From assembly GCF_009914755.1 (NCBI RefSeq), contig NC_060939.1: DNA of 64,000 nucleotides. One strand, written 5' to 3'. This DNA comes from the human T2T-CHM13v2.0 reference genome, Homo sapiens. This document shows positions 16,784 to 31,170 of this stretch, piece by piece. How positions within the stretch are numbered: position 1 is the stretch's first letter; each line of letters starts with the position of its first letter. The position numbers and the translations under genes are program-made. The notes beneath the pieces are model-generated. The model worked only from the letters and a program-made list of their open reading frames with translations, was not told where the DNA came from and did no database searches.

Positions 16784-17158
16784 TAAAAATCTGAGTAATA
16801 GAATTTAAGATGTAAGTATGTGAAGTTTTAAACTTTAATTTAGCCTCCACCTTACATTTAGACCTTTCGTATAAAGTACCATCAGCATCAGCCCTCCCGA
16901 GCACCTGCCGTGTCGCAGGCACTGTGCCAAGGAGCTCACAGACATGGGCACATCTGCCTGTTCAGAGGTCCACCCAGCTAAGCGAAAAGCTGTTTTTGCA
17001 AATTATTACTCTAAAAAACAAGTTTAATAAATTGCTTTTATATCAATTAACTTTTACTTATCTTTTGAGAGAAAGAATGTATCGGTTGGCCGGTTTCCAA
17101 GTTTTGTATGTACTGACTAGTCCTCTGGTGAACACGGCTCTCTGCAGGCACAGTATGA

Positions 17159-17416
<258 letters not shown>

Positions 17417-17496
17417 TAACACCGCCCCAGTGCTGTCTTTTCAGCAACTTTATCAAAATACACATGTGTGTATATGTAAATACATGTATGTGTGTG

Positions 17497-18148
17497 CATA
17501 TATATGATATATAGTATATATAATATATAAAATATATATCTTTATTATATTTATTATATTATATATTATATATTACATATTACATATATAATATATATTA
17601 TATATTATACAATATACAATATATAATATAATATATGAAATATATAATATATCATATAATATATATGAAATATATAATATATCATATAATATATATAAAA
17701 TATATAATATATCATATATAATATATATAAAATATATAATATATCATATATAATATAATATATAAAATATATAATATATCATATATAATATAATATATAA
17801 AATATATAATATATCATATATAATATAATATATAAAATATATAATATATCATATATAATATATAAAATATATAATATATATCATATATAATATATAAAAT
17901 ATATAATATATATCATATATAATATATAAAATATATAATATATATCATATATAATATATAAAATATATAATATATATCATATATAATATATAAAATATAT
18001 AATATATATCATATATAATATATAAAATATATAATATAATATATATCATATAATATATAAAATATATAATATATAAGATATCATATATAATATAATGTAT
18101 AAAATATATAATAATATATATATTAATATTATATAAATTATATATATG
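17497..18148. repeat. AT-rich minisatellite / (TA)n-like VNTR in FAN1 intron 12
   Basis: About 650 nt almost entirely A/T; recurring 30-35 nt unit ATATATAATATATAAAATATATAATATATATC. Confidence 0.95.
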
Positions 18149-18529
18149 AGAATACCCTATCCCCCTGGCCCCAATGCCACTGTTAGTGATGGAAACATAC
18201 TAGGGTGTTAGAAAAGCCCCAGCTGTGCCTTTGCCACCCCTGAGTTGACAGCTTTCTTTTGCTTGCCCTGTGGCTGAGGCAGGGAGGATACCTTCTGTGT
18301 TCCTTCAACTGCTGCCCTCTATGAGGCCATGCTGTCGCGTTCCTGAGTGCATCCTCCACATCCCTCTTCCTCAGCGCTCCCCAGCATGGCCACGCTGGCA
18401 GAAGCCTGGAAACTGACCACAGGAGGACCAGTCTCCCACCACTTGCCAGTGGGATTCCAGCCATGGCTCTCCAGCTCTGGTACAAGCAGCAGAACAGCGC
18501 ATGGTGGGCCTGGGGTCCATGTGCACTGA

Positions 18530-18766
<237 letters not shown>

Positions 18767-20030
18767 TGAGGCAGAATGGAAAGTCCTGTTGGTAACCTTA
18801 TTAGCAACTGAATCAGAGGCCACAAGTAGGCATTTCTTGAGTGGCTGTTGGCAAGATTGAATTCCTTGAGAGCTTTTGGGCCGAGGGCCTGGGTTCCTGT
18901 GGGCCTGTCCCGTGCGACTGGCTTCATCAGAGCAGGCGGGTGAGAGGAGCCCCAGAGTGTGAGCAAGACAGAGCTCCATCTCTTATGACTTGATGTGGAC
19001 ATGATGTTCCATCACTCCTGCTGTATTCTGTGGTTAGGAACGAGTCTCTAGTCCAGCTGACACTCAAAGGGAGGGGGTCACAACGGGTGTGGACACCAGG
19101 AGCTATTTTAGAAGCTTACCGATAATTGTACATTTTAAAATGACTTAAAGAGTATAATGGTTTGTAACTCAAAGGATAAATGCTTGAGGGGACAGATACC
19201 CCATTCCCCTTGATGTGCTTAGTTCACATTGCATGCCTGTATCAAAACATCTCATGTACCCCATAAATATATACATCTACTATGTACCCACAAAAAATTT
19301 TTTAAAAAGCTCAGAGAGTGAACACTTCCTTGAACGCTGTCCACTAGCCCAGCCCTGCTGCCCATCACTGGTGATTTGTTTTCTCATTATTGAGTTTTGA
19401 GATTAAAAAATTATATATCCTGGATACAAGTCCTTTATCAGTGACATTTCATCCCAGTCTATGGCTTGTCTTTTCATTTTCTTAATAGTGTCTTTTGAAG
19501 AGCAGAGGTTTCAAAGTTTGACAAAATCCAACTTATTTGTTCTCTAGTGGATCATGCTTTTGGTGTCACATGTCAGAAATACTTGCCTAATCCAAGGTCA
19601 CAAAGAGTTTCTCCTTTGTTTTCTTCTAGAAGTGTTATAGTTTTAGGTTTTACATTCAGTTTTATGATCATTTGAGACGCCATTTGTATACAGTGTGGGG
19701 CATGCACTGGAATTCATTTGTGGTGTGTGGATATCCACTTGTTCCAGCTCCATGTGTCAAGAAGACCATGCTTCCTCCACTGAATTCCCTCTGTATCTTT
19801 GTCAAAAATCAGTAACCCATATATATGTGGGTCTGTTTCTGTATACTCTTCGGTTCCATTGATCTGTTTGTCTGTATTTCTTGATTATTGTAGCTTTAGA
19901 TACATCTTGGAGTCAGGTAGTGTAAGTCCTATAATGACTTGTTTTTCAAAGTTGTTTTGGCTCTTTTGCATTTTTATTTGAATTATAACATCAAATTTTA
20001 AGTTTCCAAGAAAAAAAAAAAGCCAGCTGA

Positions 20031-20697
<667 letters not shown>

Positions 20698-20799
20698 TCA
20701 TATTATCTGTTTCTTCTTGATTGCGCTTTGCTAGTTTGTGTCTTTCAAGGAATTTGTCCATTTCATTTAAGTATTGTCTTAAAGTTGTTTATATTTGTT

Positions 20800-21111
20800 T
20801 CTTTTCTTTTTTTTTTTTTTTTTGAGATGGAGTCTCGCTCTGTCGCCCAGACTGGAGTGTAGTAGCGTGAGTTAGCTCACTGCAACTTCCGCCTCCTGGG
20901 TTCAAGTGATTCTCGTGCCTCAGCCTCCCTAGTAGCTGGGATTACAGCTGTGCACCACCATGCCTGGATAATTTTTTTTTTTTTTTGTATTTTTAGTAGA
21001 GATGAGGTTTTGCCATGTTGGCCAGGCTGGTCTTGAACTCCTGGCTTCAGATCTGCCCACCTTGGCCTCCCAAAGTGCTGGGATTACAGGTGTGAGCCAC
21101 CGCACACGGCC
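20800..21111 (-). mobile_element. Alu
   Basis: Antisense Alu dimer. Confidence 0.93.
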
Positions 21112-21834
21112 ATGTATTTCTTACTGTATTTTAATATCTGTAGAATCTTTATCTCTGTCATGCTCTTATTCTTGATATTGGTAATTTGTGTCTTTTCTCT
21201 TTTTTCCCTAATGAGTCTGGCAGGAGGTTTATCAATTTACTGATTTTCTCGAAGAATCAGCTTTTGGTTTCATTTGTTTTTTTATTTCCTAGTTTCTCAA
21301 GGTGGAAGCTATGGTGATTGCTTTGAGAACTTCTTTTCTAATAGAGTTAGGTAGTGCTCCAAATTTCCTTCTCAGTGCTGCTTTATCTGAACCTCACAAA
21401 TTTAGTAGTTGTTTTCATTTTCATTCAGTTCACAATACTTTCTGATTTCCCTTTTGACTCTTCTTTGATCCTTGGCTTATTTAGAAGTGAGTCATTTACA
21501 TTTCCAAACACTTGAGAGATTTTCAGGTATCTTTCTGCTATTGATTTGTAATTTAACTCCATTGTATTCAGAGGACATATTTTGTATGATTTGAATCCCA
21601 CTAAATTTGTTGAGACTTGTTTTATGGTCCAGAATATGGTATTCCCTGGTGAATATTCTGTTTGTACTTGAAAAGAATGTGTGTTTAGCATTTGTTGTGG
21701 GCAGTATTTTTAAATGTCAATTAGGTCAAGTTGGTTGATAGTGTTGTTTAAGTTGTCTGTGTCCTTACTGATTTCTTATTTACTTGTTCTATAAATTATT
21801 GAGAGAATATTGATATCTCTGATTGTGGTATTTC

Positions 21835-22121
21835 TTTTCTTTTTTTTTTTGTTGTTTTTTGAGACAGACTCTCACTATCACCTAGGCTGGAGTGTAGTGG
21901 CAGTGCGATCCTGGATCGCTGCAGCCTTGATCTCCCAGGCTCAAGCAATTCTTCTGCCTCAGCCTGTTGAGTAGCCCGAACTATAGGCATGCACCATCAT
22001 GCCCAGCTGATTTTTTTTATTTTTTGTAGAGATGGGGTTCCACCATGTTGCCCAGGCTGGTCTCAAACTCCTGGGCTCCACGTTGGCCTCCCAAAATGCT
22101 GAGAGTATACCGTGCCCAGCC
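21835..22121 (-). mobile_element. Alu (J-type)
   Basis: Antisense Alu dimer. Confidence 0.88.
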
Positions 22122-22577
22122 AATTTGTGTATTTCTTCTTGCGTTTCTATCACTATTTGCTTCATGTATTTTGAAGGTCTGTTATAAGACGCATAGACTT
22201 TTAGGACTGTCATGTCCTCTTCATGAGTCTACCCTTTTATCATTATGCAGTGACCCCCCCTTTACACCTGGTAATCTTTGCTCTGAAATCAACTTTGTCC
22301 GATATTGTCAACATGTAGCCACTTCAGCCTTCTTTTTTTTAATGTTAACATGATACATTTTTCCATTCTTTTACTTTTGACCTGTTTTATCTTATTTTTA
22401 ATGTGGATTTCCTGTAGGCATCATATAGTTGGGTCTTACTTTTGAATCCAACTTAACCTCTGTCTTTTAATGGGGTGTTTGGAACATTTACATTTAATTT
22501 GATTATTGATATCCTTAGCTTTAAATCCTGATACTTATTTTCTCTTTGTCTCAGAACTCTTTTGTCCCTTGTCTTTT

Positions 22578-22762
22578 TCCTGAGTAGCTGGAACCACAGG
22601 TGCACGCCACCATGCCTGGCTAATTTTTGTGGTTTTTGTATTTTTTAGAGATGGGGTTCCACCATGTTGCCCAGGCTGATCTCAAATCCCCAGGCTCAAG
22701 CAGTTCACCTGCCGTGGTCTCTTAGTGTTGGGATTGCAGGCATGAGCCACAGTGCCTGGCCC
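22578..22762 (-). mobile_element. Partial Alu
   Basis: Antisense Alu left arm and linker. Confidence 0.85.
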
Positions 22763-23123
22763 TGTCTTATTTTTAAAGATTGCATTTGATAGCTTTGCTG
22801 GCTTGTTAGCTGTAACTGTTCATTGTGTTGAAGTGGTTGCGTTAGTATATTATATATCTTAAACTTATCCACCTTCAGGTGATACACACTTTAGAGTAAA
22901 AAGAACCTTTCAATAATATATATCTTCCCTTCCAGCCTTTGTGGTGTTTTCATATATTTTACTTCTACGTGTTATATGTTCTATAACATATTATTTTTGC
23001 TTTCTACAGTTGATTAATGAGTCTGTATTTACTCATGTACATAGCATTTCCAGTGCTTGCTATTCTTTTGTGTAGATCCAGGTTTCTGTGTAGTCTCATT
23101 CTCCTGCTTGAAGAATTTCCTTT

Positions 23124-23420
23124 CACGCCTGTAATTCCAGCACTTTGGGAGGCTGAGGTGGGCGGATTGCTTGGGCTCAGGAGTTGGAGACCAGCTTGGG
23201 CAAACACAGTGAGACCTCATCTCTACAAAACGATAAACAAATTAGCTGGGTGTGGTGGTGTGCACTTGTAGTCCCAGCTGCTTGGGAGGCTGAGGTGAGA
23301 GAACTGCTTGAGGCTGGGAGGTCAAGGCTGCAGTGTGCTGAGATCATACCACTGTATACCAGCCTGGGCAACAGAGTGAGACCTTGTCTCAAAAAAAAAG
23401 AAAAAAAGAAAAAGAAAAAA
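23124..23420 (+). mobile_element. Alu (J-type)
   Basis: Alu dimer with A-rich tail. Confidence 0.92.
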
Positions 23421-23455
23421 TTTCCATGTCTAGAAGTTCTGCTAGTAATGAATTA

Positions 23456-23768
23456 CAGTAGTTAGCCCTCTGTATCCATGGTTTCTGCTTCTGTAGATGC
23501 AACCATGGACTGAAAGTATTTGGAAAAAAGAAAAACAATAAAAAGTAACTACAACAATAAACAAATCAAATAAAAATACAGCATAACAACTATTTTCATA
23601 GCATTTATATTAGGTATTATAAGTAGAGATGATTTAAAGTATATGAGAAGATGTGCTAGAATATGCAGATGCGATGCCATTTTATATCAGGGACTTGAGC
23701 ATCCATGGATTTTGGTAACAGAGGGGGTCCTTGAATCAGTCCCCCATGGATACTGAGGGATGGCTGTA
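23456..23768 (+). mobile_element. MER2 (TcMar-Tigger MITE)
   Basis: ccctctgtatccatgg ... ccatggatactgagggatggctgta inverted termini. Confidence 0.8.
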
Positions 23769-24672
23769 TTTAGGTTTTGTATGTCTTAGCCTTTATTTCA
23801 CCTTTGTTTTTGAAAGATATTTTCTCCGTGCAATGAATTTTATGTTGACAGTTATTTTTCAATACTTTAAAAATATTAGTCTACTGTCTTCTAACTAGCA
23901 TGGTTTCCAATCAGAGAATCTTTTTTTTTCCTCTGGCTTTAAAAATTCTGGCTGCTTTGACTATATCCCCTGATTATACAGTTGTGATATTTCCTAGGGT
24001 GCCGTTACATTTGTGTGCCTGGGATTCATTGATTTTCTTCAATCTTTGGGTTTACTGTTTTCATCAAATTTGGAAAATTTTTGGCCATTTTTTCTTTAAG
24101 TATTTTTTTTTCTCGTTCCTTTGGGGACTCTAATTAAATGTCCCTTAGGCTGCTAAATGCTGTATTTAAACAATTTTTTTCTATATTTTACCTATAGTTT
24201 TTATTGCTGTGTCTTCAAGTCTAGTGATGTGTAGTGAACAAAACACACAATTCTTGCCTTCATGAAGATGACATGTAGTATATATTTTTATCTTATGAAT
24301 GCCATGAAAGAAGTGCATAGGGAGGATATACTTAGAGCTGTGACCTCTCCAGATCAGTTTAAGCTGAGCATTGAAAGGTAAGAAGTCAGGCATGTCAAGA
24401 ACAGGGAGAAATGTCCCAGGCAGCGGGAACAGCAAGTAGCAAGTGGAAGTGAGGGCCTTGGGGTAGGGAAGAGACTGGTCATGGCAAGGTTAGATTTAAT
24501 TGAAAATGTAACAGAGTAATCGGAGGGTTTTAAGCAAGGAAGTAAAATCCAGTGCATGCTTTAAAACAATTTTTCATTTGCTATACTAAGAATCAGTTTA
24601 CTCATCCTCTGTGAAGAACTGTCTAGTTTCTACAGAATAGAAGAATTTCTGAATAAATTTCTTAGCTACATA

Positions 24673-25038
24673 CAGACGCTTCTCAACTTATGATGGCCTT
24701 ATGTCCTGATAAATCCTACACATCAACTGAAAATATTGTAAGTTGAAAATGCATTTAACATATTTATCCCACCAAACCTCATAGCTTAGCTTAGCCTACC
24801 TTAAATGTGCTCAGAATGTGTGCATTAGCCTACAGTTGGGCAGATCATGTAGTTCACTGCAAACCGTAGAGTACTGGTTATCCTCATGATCATGTGGCTG
24901 ACTGGGAGCTGTGGCTCACTGCTGCTGCCCAGCATGGAGTATCATACTGGGAAAAGATCAACACTCAGAGTATGGTTTCTGTTGAATGTATATCACTTTT
25001 GCACCATTTTTAAGTCAAAAAATCCTAAGGTGAACCAT
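24673..25038 (+). mobile_element. MER47-type TcMar-Tigger element
   Basis: cagacgcttctcaacttatgatgg...atagcttagcttagcctaccttaaatgtgctcagaa...ccattgtaagtgaaggaccatccgta. Confidence 0.75.
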
Positions 25039-25182
25039 TGTAAGTGAAGGACCATCCGTATATTTGTGTTACACTTACAAATACAGTGAGAGAGCAGAAG
25101 AGCCATTTAAATAGTTGTCAGTGACAACTACAACTTACTTGAATGGCTTTTCATTCAGTAAGATACTAATAACAACTTTTAA

Positions 25183-25335
<153 letters not shown>

Positions 25336-25524
25336 AAGGTATGGAATTGGGGATATTTGGTCATACATTAATGTAAGATTTTCAAGAGTATAAAACATGT
25401 TTTATTTAATTTTGTTATCGTGCATTATAAACCTGATAGTTTGACTTGTCATTTTACAGTGTCTGCATATCACAAAACAGTGTTTGCTTGAATACACTCA
25501 TTGATTCCACACAGTGGGTAATAA

Positions 25525-25835
<311 letters not shown>

Positions 25836-25977
25836 CATAATGAACTTTTTTAAAAGAGAAAAATTTTGTTGACCATTATTGGAGCTGGATGCATCTATAT
25901 GATTAGATGTGCAAAAAGCTGGAAAACTCAAAAACAAGTGATGATTCATCTTTAGGTTTTTTTTATAAAAAAGTAGT

Positions 25978-26275
<298 letters not shown>

Positions 26276-27019
26276 TTAAAAACTAGCATAACCAGTGTTT
26301 CCTTCAAGTAATTAATTATATGGGAAACCGAGATTCTTGAATTAAGTTTTTCTTTACTGCCCTATACACATTTAGCTGTTAAACTTTTATGATTATCTAA
26401 GAAGGGCTGAAACAGTTGAAATTCCAATTTCTTTAGGAATCAAAACATTCTCATGAAGTTGTGTTGATTTATAACATGTAAATGCTTGTTCTACTGATTG
26501 GGCCCGGATCATGAAAGGAATGAAGTCTTTATCAGAGGCAGTTGTCCTTCATTGTCCATCTCCCTGGGACCATCCCTAATAACTAGATAGGGGTATTTTC
26601 TCTGTTGACAGTACAGTCAAATCGGCTGCTCATCACCATTGTGGGAGGGTCTCAGGCTGGGCAAGGGGGTGTGGTAGAAAGGTGATTTATCCATGCGCCA
26701 GGCCCGGGAGTCAGGGACTGGAACCCCAGTCTGTCTCTTGACTTCTTTGAAGCCTTCTTGGGGGAATATTACTCCCCAGTTTTTATATTTATTTATTGAA
26801 TGGAAGGACCAGTTAGGGCATGATCTATCAATATCCACATGGCTTTAACTTTAGCCACTTCCGAATTGCTGTTAAAAAAAGTTACTGATCACTACCTGGC
26901 TTTAGAGGGCAAGCAGAAACATCCCATGGATGACACAGAAGTATGGGTAGGAGAAGATGCCTTCACCTCTTCTATCAATCACTGTGTTCCAGTAGATGAT
27001 TTCATACTGACAACAACAA

Positions 27020-29547
27020 ACAGTCGCTGTGGAATTTTATTAAGCCATCAAAATTTCCTTCACATTCAATACTGTTGAACAACAAGATAACACATCTTCT
27101 TGCTCATCCCACTTGAACTCAAGTCATCAATTTTAGGCACAAAGGTTTTAGTTTTCTCGGGAAATCAAGTTTTAACCACTTGAGGTTACTACTGCAGCAA
27201 GCAGATTTTGTTGACAAATGTGAACAGCTTTCACCCTCTGTTAGTACAAATTAATATCCTTTCCTTAAATAAAGTTAGTTAGCTATTTTTGGTTTCAAAA
27301 TCAGTTTCCATCATAAAATAACAGCAAGACACTGTACACCTTTACGTTCAATACTAGAAATTTCACCCAGTGCATCAGCATCTGTGCGGCATTCCCTCAG
27401 CACGGGCTCTGCTGGCGGGCAGCAGGGGTGCTGAGCTCTCTCTAGTGCGCCCTGTGCAGCCACACCACTGCTGTCACCACATGTCCCTCTGACGGCAGAG
27501 GTGGTATAAGCAGCTTCACCCTGGCCCGACTGAAGGCTGTCATAGTTGTTTTTCATATTATGCACAATAAACTGTAGCACAATAATCATGATATAACAAC
27601 TGTCCAGCAAAAATAAAAGTATTTTACATTTGATTATCATACAAAAATATGCATTTTTCTATTTTTAACCATTATTAATAGTACCTAATATTTTTAAACT
27701 TGTAAATTAACAACAATAAAATACTACAAGAGTTAAAATAAACGTGAAGGAAGAAAATTACAGAGGGAAAAATGCTCAATCCAAAACATTTAGTAATAAT
27801 AAAAAAGCAGCTAAATGAAAAAGGGAGAATTGTGATTACACTGTCAATGGCAGGATACGCTGTGGTGTTATAAGGAGATTGGGTCTGGTTTCTAATCAAG
27901 GACTGTAAAATGTTTAATAATTCTATTTGTATAAACTGAAACTAGCCCTTATTTTCTAGGCAACAAGTTGGCAAAAACCTTGGGTTTACCCATAAAGTGA
28001 ATTTCTTAAGATATTTTTTAAGAACTCCTGTCCTGTTATATCCAGAGACATTATCAAATTTTAAAAGGCAAATAATTCAAAAAGAAACAGCTATTCAGTA
28101 CATATAAAGGTAAAATACAGTTATCTTGAAAACACTTGTTTTAGAAAAGGAAATAAGCTAACTAGACACTTTACTATAAAAATTTTCCATATCTTAGGAT
28201 GGCAGTTTAAGAAACAGTCAAATTTGAAAGTATCCATGTTTTAAGCGGGGAATGAGGAGTGTGGGGGAGGTGGTGCCCCGTTTCACTGCTGTAAGAAGCT
28301 TCAGCTTTGACCGCTACAGTGGTAGGTAGGCTCTTGTCACACAGTTTGGAAATATTTTACTTTAGAGAGATTCAGATCAAGCAAACAACTGTGTCTGCTC
28401 ATTCTCCTCAACTTTGCTGTCCAAAGTTGGGGGCTGGGGGAGCACTTCTGTCGCTATTCAAATGGCAGTGTTTTGAGAGAATCCATTTTTTTATTTCTCC
28501 TCTATTCCTAAGCATTAGGAACTATGAGAGAAGGACATCTGTGCAGGTGCCCAACTCGTAACCTCATTAGTTATTTCCAGGGGGAAGTGCCAGCAATAGT
28601 TTACCACACTGGAAATACTGATGGCCAAGCCCAGCACGCCTCCCAGCAAGCCTTGTTTGTTTTTGAGGGCGAGTTTTGGCATAGATGGCACTCTCCTGTC
28701 TACAGCATACACCTCTGTGGAATCAGCACCCCAGAGGCCACTCCCCAGTGGCTTTCAGAGGAACAAGACTCTGGGGACTCCTGGCTATGAAGCTTAGTAT
28801 GAAAAGCCTATTTCAAATATGCAATGGGATTTTCCCACCCCAATTTTAAAAAGTGAAATTATATTTTCTTCTGTAATATTTGTATCCTAAAGTCAAAGGC
28901 ACTTCTAAGTTTAATTATCTGCAGCAAATGCTTTAAAATTAACAGTGCATATCATTTTAAAGTTGACCCTATGAAGTTAAAAGCAAACTCATGATTTCAA
29001 AACACAGTGATCTAAGGTTCCAAAGAAGGTGATCTAAAATCATAAATTCTGGCCCCAGAACACTGAACCTTCATCAGGTGAGTTCAATTAGAGACGACAG
29101 AAAGTAACCAGAAAAATACATGAATACTTCCTAAAACCTGCTGGAGGTTTTATCAGATGCTCCTAAAAATGACACGAAACACAAATTTCCTAACTTTCCT
29201 GTTGTCTGCTGCCTGGGGCTGCTAATGTGACTGACTATCAGATAGCCTTCAGGAGGTGGTAGGAAAAATGGATGGAGACAAAAATGTAGCAGACAACATG
29301 AACAGTTTGATCACGGTTACAAGAGCCAGACCTGTAATGACAGAAAGAGGACAGGAACAAAATTTACATCTCTCTTAAAATAAGTGTGAAAGAAGCATGA
29401 TTCAACATGTTTTTAAATATTAGTGCAAATTCCAACTATTATTCTTACATATAAAGTTATTAGAGATTCAAACGCCTAGGTTAGCAATGTTAATTCAGAG
29501 GAAAAAAGTTGACAGCTTCCCTCAAAATGTTCAGAAAACACCCTATT
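27020..29547 (-). other. MTMR10: MTMR10 3'UTR (lies inside FAN1 intron 14)
   Basis: Repeat-free stretch after the stop, ending near a minus-strand AATAAA (plus TTTATT 27036-27041); end approximate. Confidence 0.7.
27036..27041 (-). promoter_or_regulatory. MTMR10 polyadenylation signal AATAAA
   Basis: plus TTTATT; minus strand continues into GU-rich TTTGTTGTTGT about 20 nt downstream. Confidence 0.7.
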
Positions 29548-30150
29548 TTAGTCTTCATTTGCTAATGTCTCAGTAGACAACCATATTTTGGCCCCACTTA
29601 AAAATTTGCTTAATGGTGTTCCTAAAATGCTTCGTCTGCACAGATTCCCTACAGGAGAAAATGGAAATGAGGAGGAGAGAAACTCCGGTGTCCCCGAGGT
29701 GTCGGTGTGGTGAGGGCCGCTGGCGTTGAAGTACATCCTGCTCTGGCCCAGCTCCCCATAGCAGGCCTCCAGGGGGCCACTGCGCTGTTGCCGCAGCATC
29801 CTGCTCAGTACGTCGACTTCATCAGCCAGGAGGGAGAGCTTGTGAAAGGCTGTGATGGAGCCACCCAGGCTGATCTGGGCCTCGGGAACCCAGCGGAAGT
29901 AGCACAGTTTCCACAGTTTTATGTGTGTTCCAGAGACATGTGGCAGAATAACACCGTGCAGGTTGGCGGGTTTGGAAAACCATTCTCTAAAATACTGCTC
30001 CGTATCACTGTTCTGGCTGTCGGTTTGCTGAGCTGGATCTGGCTTTGGTTTTAATATCAATGAATTTCTCCTTGGAAGTAATTCTTGGTCACTGATGATT
30101 CCATTCTTTAAGGCAGACGGCATTCCTCTTAGTGTGGAGCTGTAGCTTTT
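29548..30150 (-). CDS. MTMR10: MTMR10 last coding exon (exon 16), C-terminal 3-PAP-type region
   Basis: minus: ctgtatag|AAAAGCTAC...; 603 nt; KSYSSTLRGMPSALKNG...IKLWKLCYFRWVPEA...TLANED*. Confidence 0.95.
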   Translation of the reverse strand, partial: KSYSSTLRGMPSALKNGIISDQELLPRRNSLILKPKPDPAQQTDSQNSDTEQYFREWFSKPANLHGVILPHVSGTHIKLWKLCYFRWVPEAQISLGGSITAFHKLSLLADEVDVLSRMLRQQRSGPLEACYGELGQSRMYFNASGPHHTDTSGTPEFLSSSFPFSPVGNLCRRSILGTPLSKFLSGAKIWLSTETLANED

Positions 30151-30503
30151 CTATACAGAAGAGATTTTATTATGTTCCGGGGATTCCCTTTTTAGAAAGA
30201 TTGAAGGATGCAATGGCAAATATAAACTCAATACTATGAAAAATTAATGGAATTTCAGCCTCAAAGAACATTTTCCTCCCTTCCTTTGTGTCCTTATTCT
30301 AATCCTCCTCCCCTGGAATTACACTTTTTTATGTGTTGACTCTACCTAGGCTGTTACTATCAGCCTGAATGGGGGCGGGATGAGAGTACCTCCTATCCAC
30401 TAATTTGCTTAAGGATAAGTTCTAAGACGGGCTAGAAAAAACACTAGACCTGGCCGATTCTATCAAGAACAATGGCAAACTGAACAGAGGCAGTCAGGAG
30501 GCC

Positions 30504-30706
30504 AAATGTCTGATTCTTTGTTCTGTACCTTTCAGTAGTCTGCAAATTTTCTACCAAAAAAAATCCCAAGAATTTATTTGGGAATTATTAAAAAGGCAAA
30601 CAATGAATGTTATTAGGACAAGAATATAGCAGTCAGGAGGCCATGACTACATCACAGCCAGGCGGCATTCCCTGCCACAGTGGCGGCTTGAATCATCAAG
30701 AAATGG
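30504..30706 (+). repeat. Direct repeat copy 1 (~203 bp)
   Basis: Matches 32048-32252 with about 6 substitutions and 2 indel nt. Confidence 0.93.
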
Positions 30707-30879
30707 ATAAATGGGGCTTTAGTAAATCAGGCTTGCAGGCTCAAAGCTGCAATCTGCCCACTCTCAGGTCCTGAGACTTTGTGGGCCTCAGACACCAGGA
30801 AGAAAGCTGGGATACAGTCATTTGAGTTAAAAAGGGAATGACCCCTCAGAAACCCGCATTAGCAGTGTTACTCTTGGAA

Positions 30880-30886
30880 GTGCCTT
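30880..30886 (+). promoter_or_regulatory. miR-124-3p 7mer-m8 seed match in the FAN1 3'UTR
   Basis: GTGCCTT is complementary to miR-124-3p seed nt 2-8 (AAGGCAC). Confidence 0.6.
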
Positions 30887-30967
30887 TACTTTTAACGCTC
30901 TCTGTTCTGAAAAAGAGGTGTTTGGTTACGTGTGAGCCAACATCACGTTTTGTTAGCTGTGATTTAC

Positions 30968-31150
30968 CTTTGTCCGTTTAAAAGACTTCACGGAGCCATT
31001 CTGTATACAAGGTGTGCTCTTTCCAATGTAGAAGGGGTTATGGAAAAGGGTGCGATCCTTTGCTGTAAACTGGAGAGACCAGTCCCAAACAGAGGGGAAT
31101 TTTAAGCCCTTCTCATCACCCAATTGGATGTTTTTGCTTATAGCAAATTC
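30968..31150 (-). CDS. MTMR10: MTMR10 coding exon 15
   Basis: ttttgcag|GAATTT...ACAAAG|gtaaa; 183 nt; EFAISKNIQLGDEKGLKFPSVWDWSLQFTAKDRTLFHNPFYIG... (myotubularin SVW/NP-Y motifs). Confidence 0.95.
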
Positions 31151-31156
31151 CTGCAA

Positions 31157-31170
31157 AATAAATAAATAAA
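31157..31170 (+). promoter_or_regulatory. FAN1 polyadenylation signal (three overlapping AATAAA)
   Basis: AATAAATAAATAAA, with a T-rich stretch (tgcctttttt) about 30 nt downstream. Confidence 0.75.

Noticed and set aside
17640-18070. Regularly spaced repeat units resembling an array
   Set aside because: No unique spacers and eukaryotic context; it is an AT minisatellite, not CRISPR.
29707-30054. 115-aa plus-strand ORF in the FAN1 3'UTR
   Set aside because: Antisense shadow of the MTMR10 coding exon; non-ATG start; no recognisable protein.
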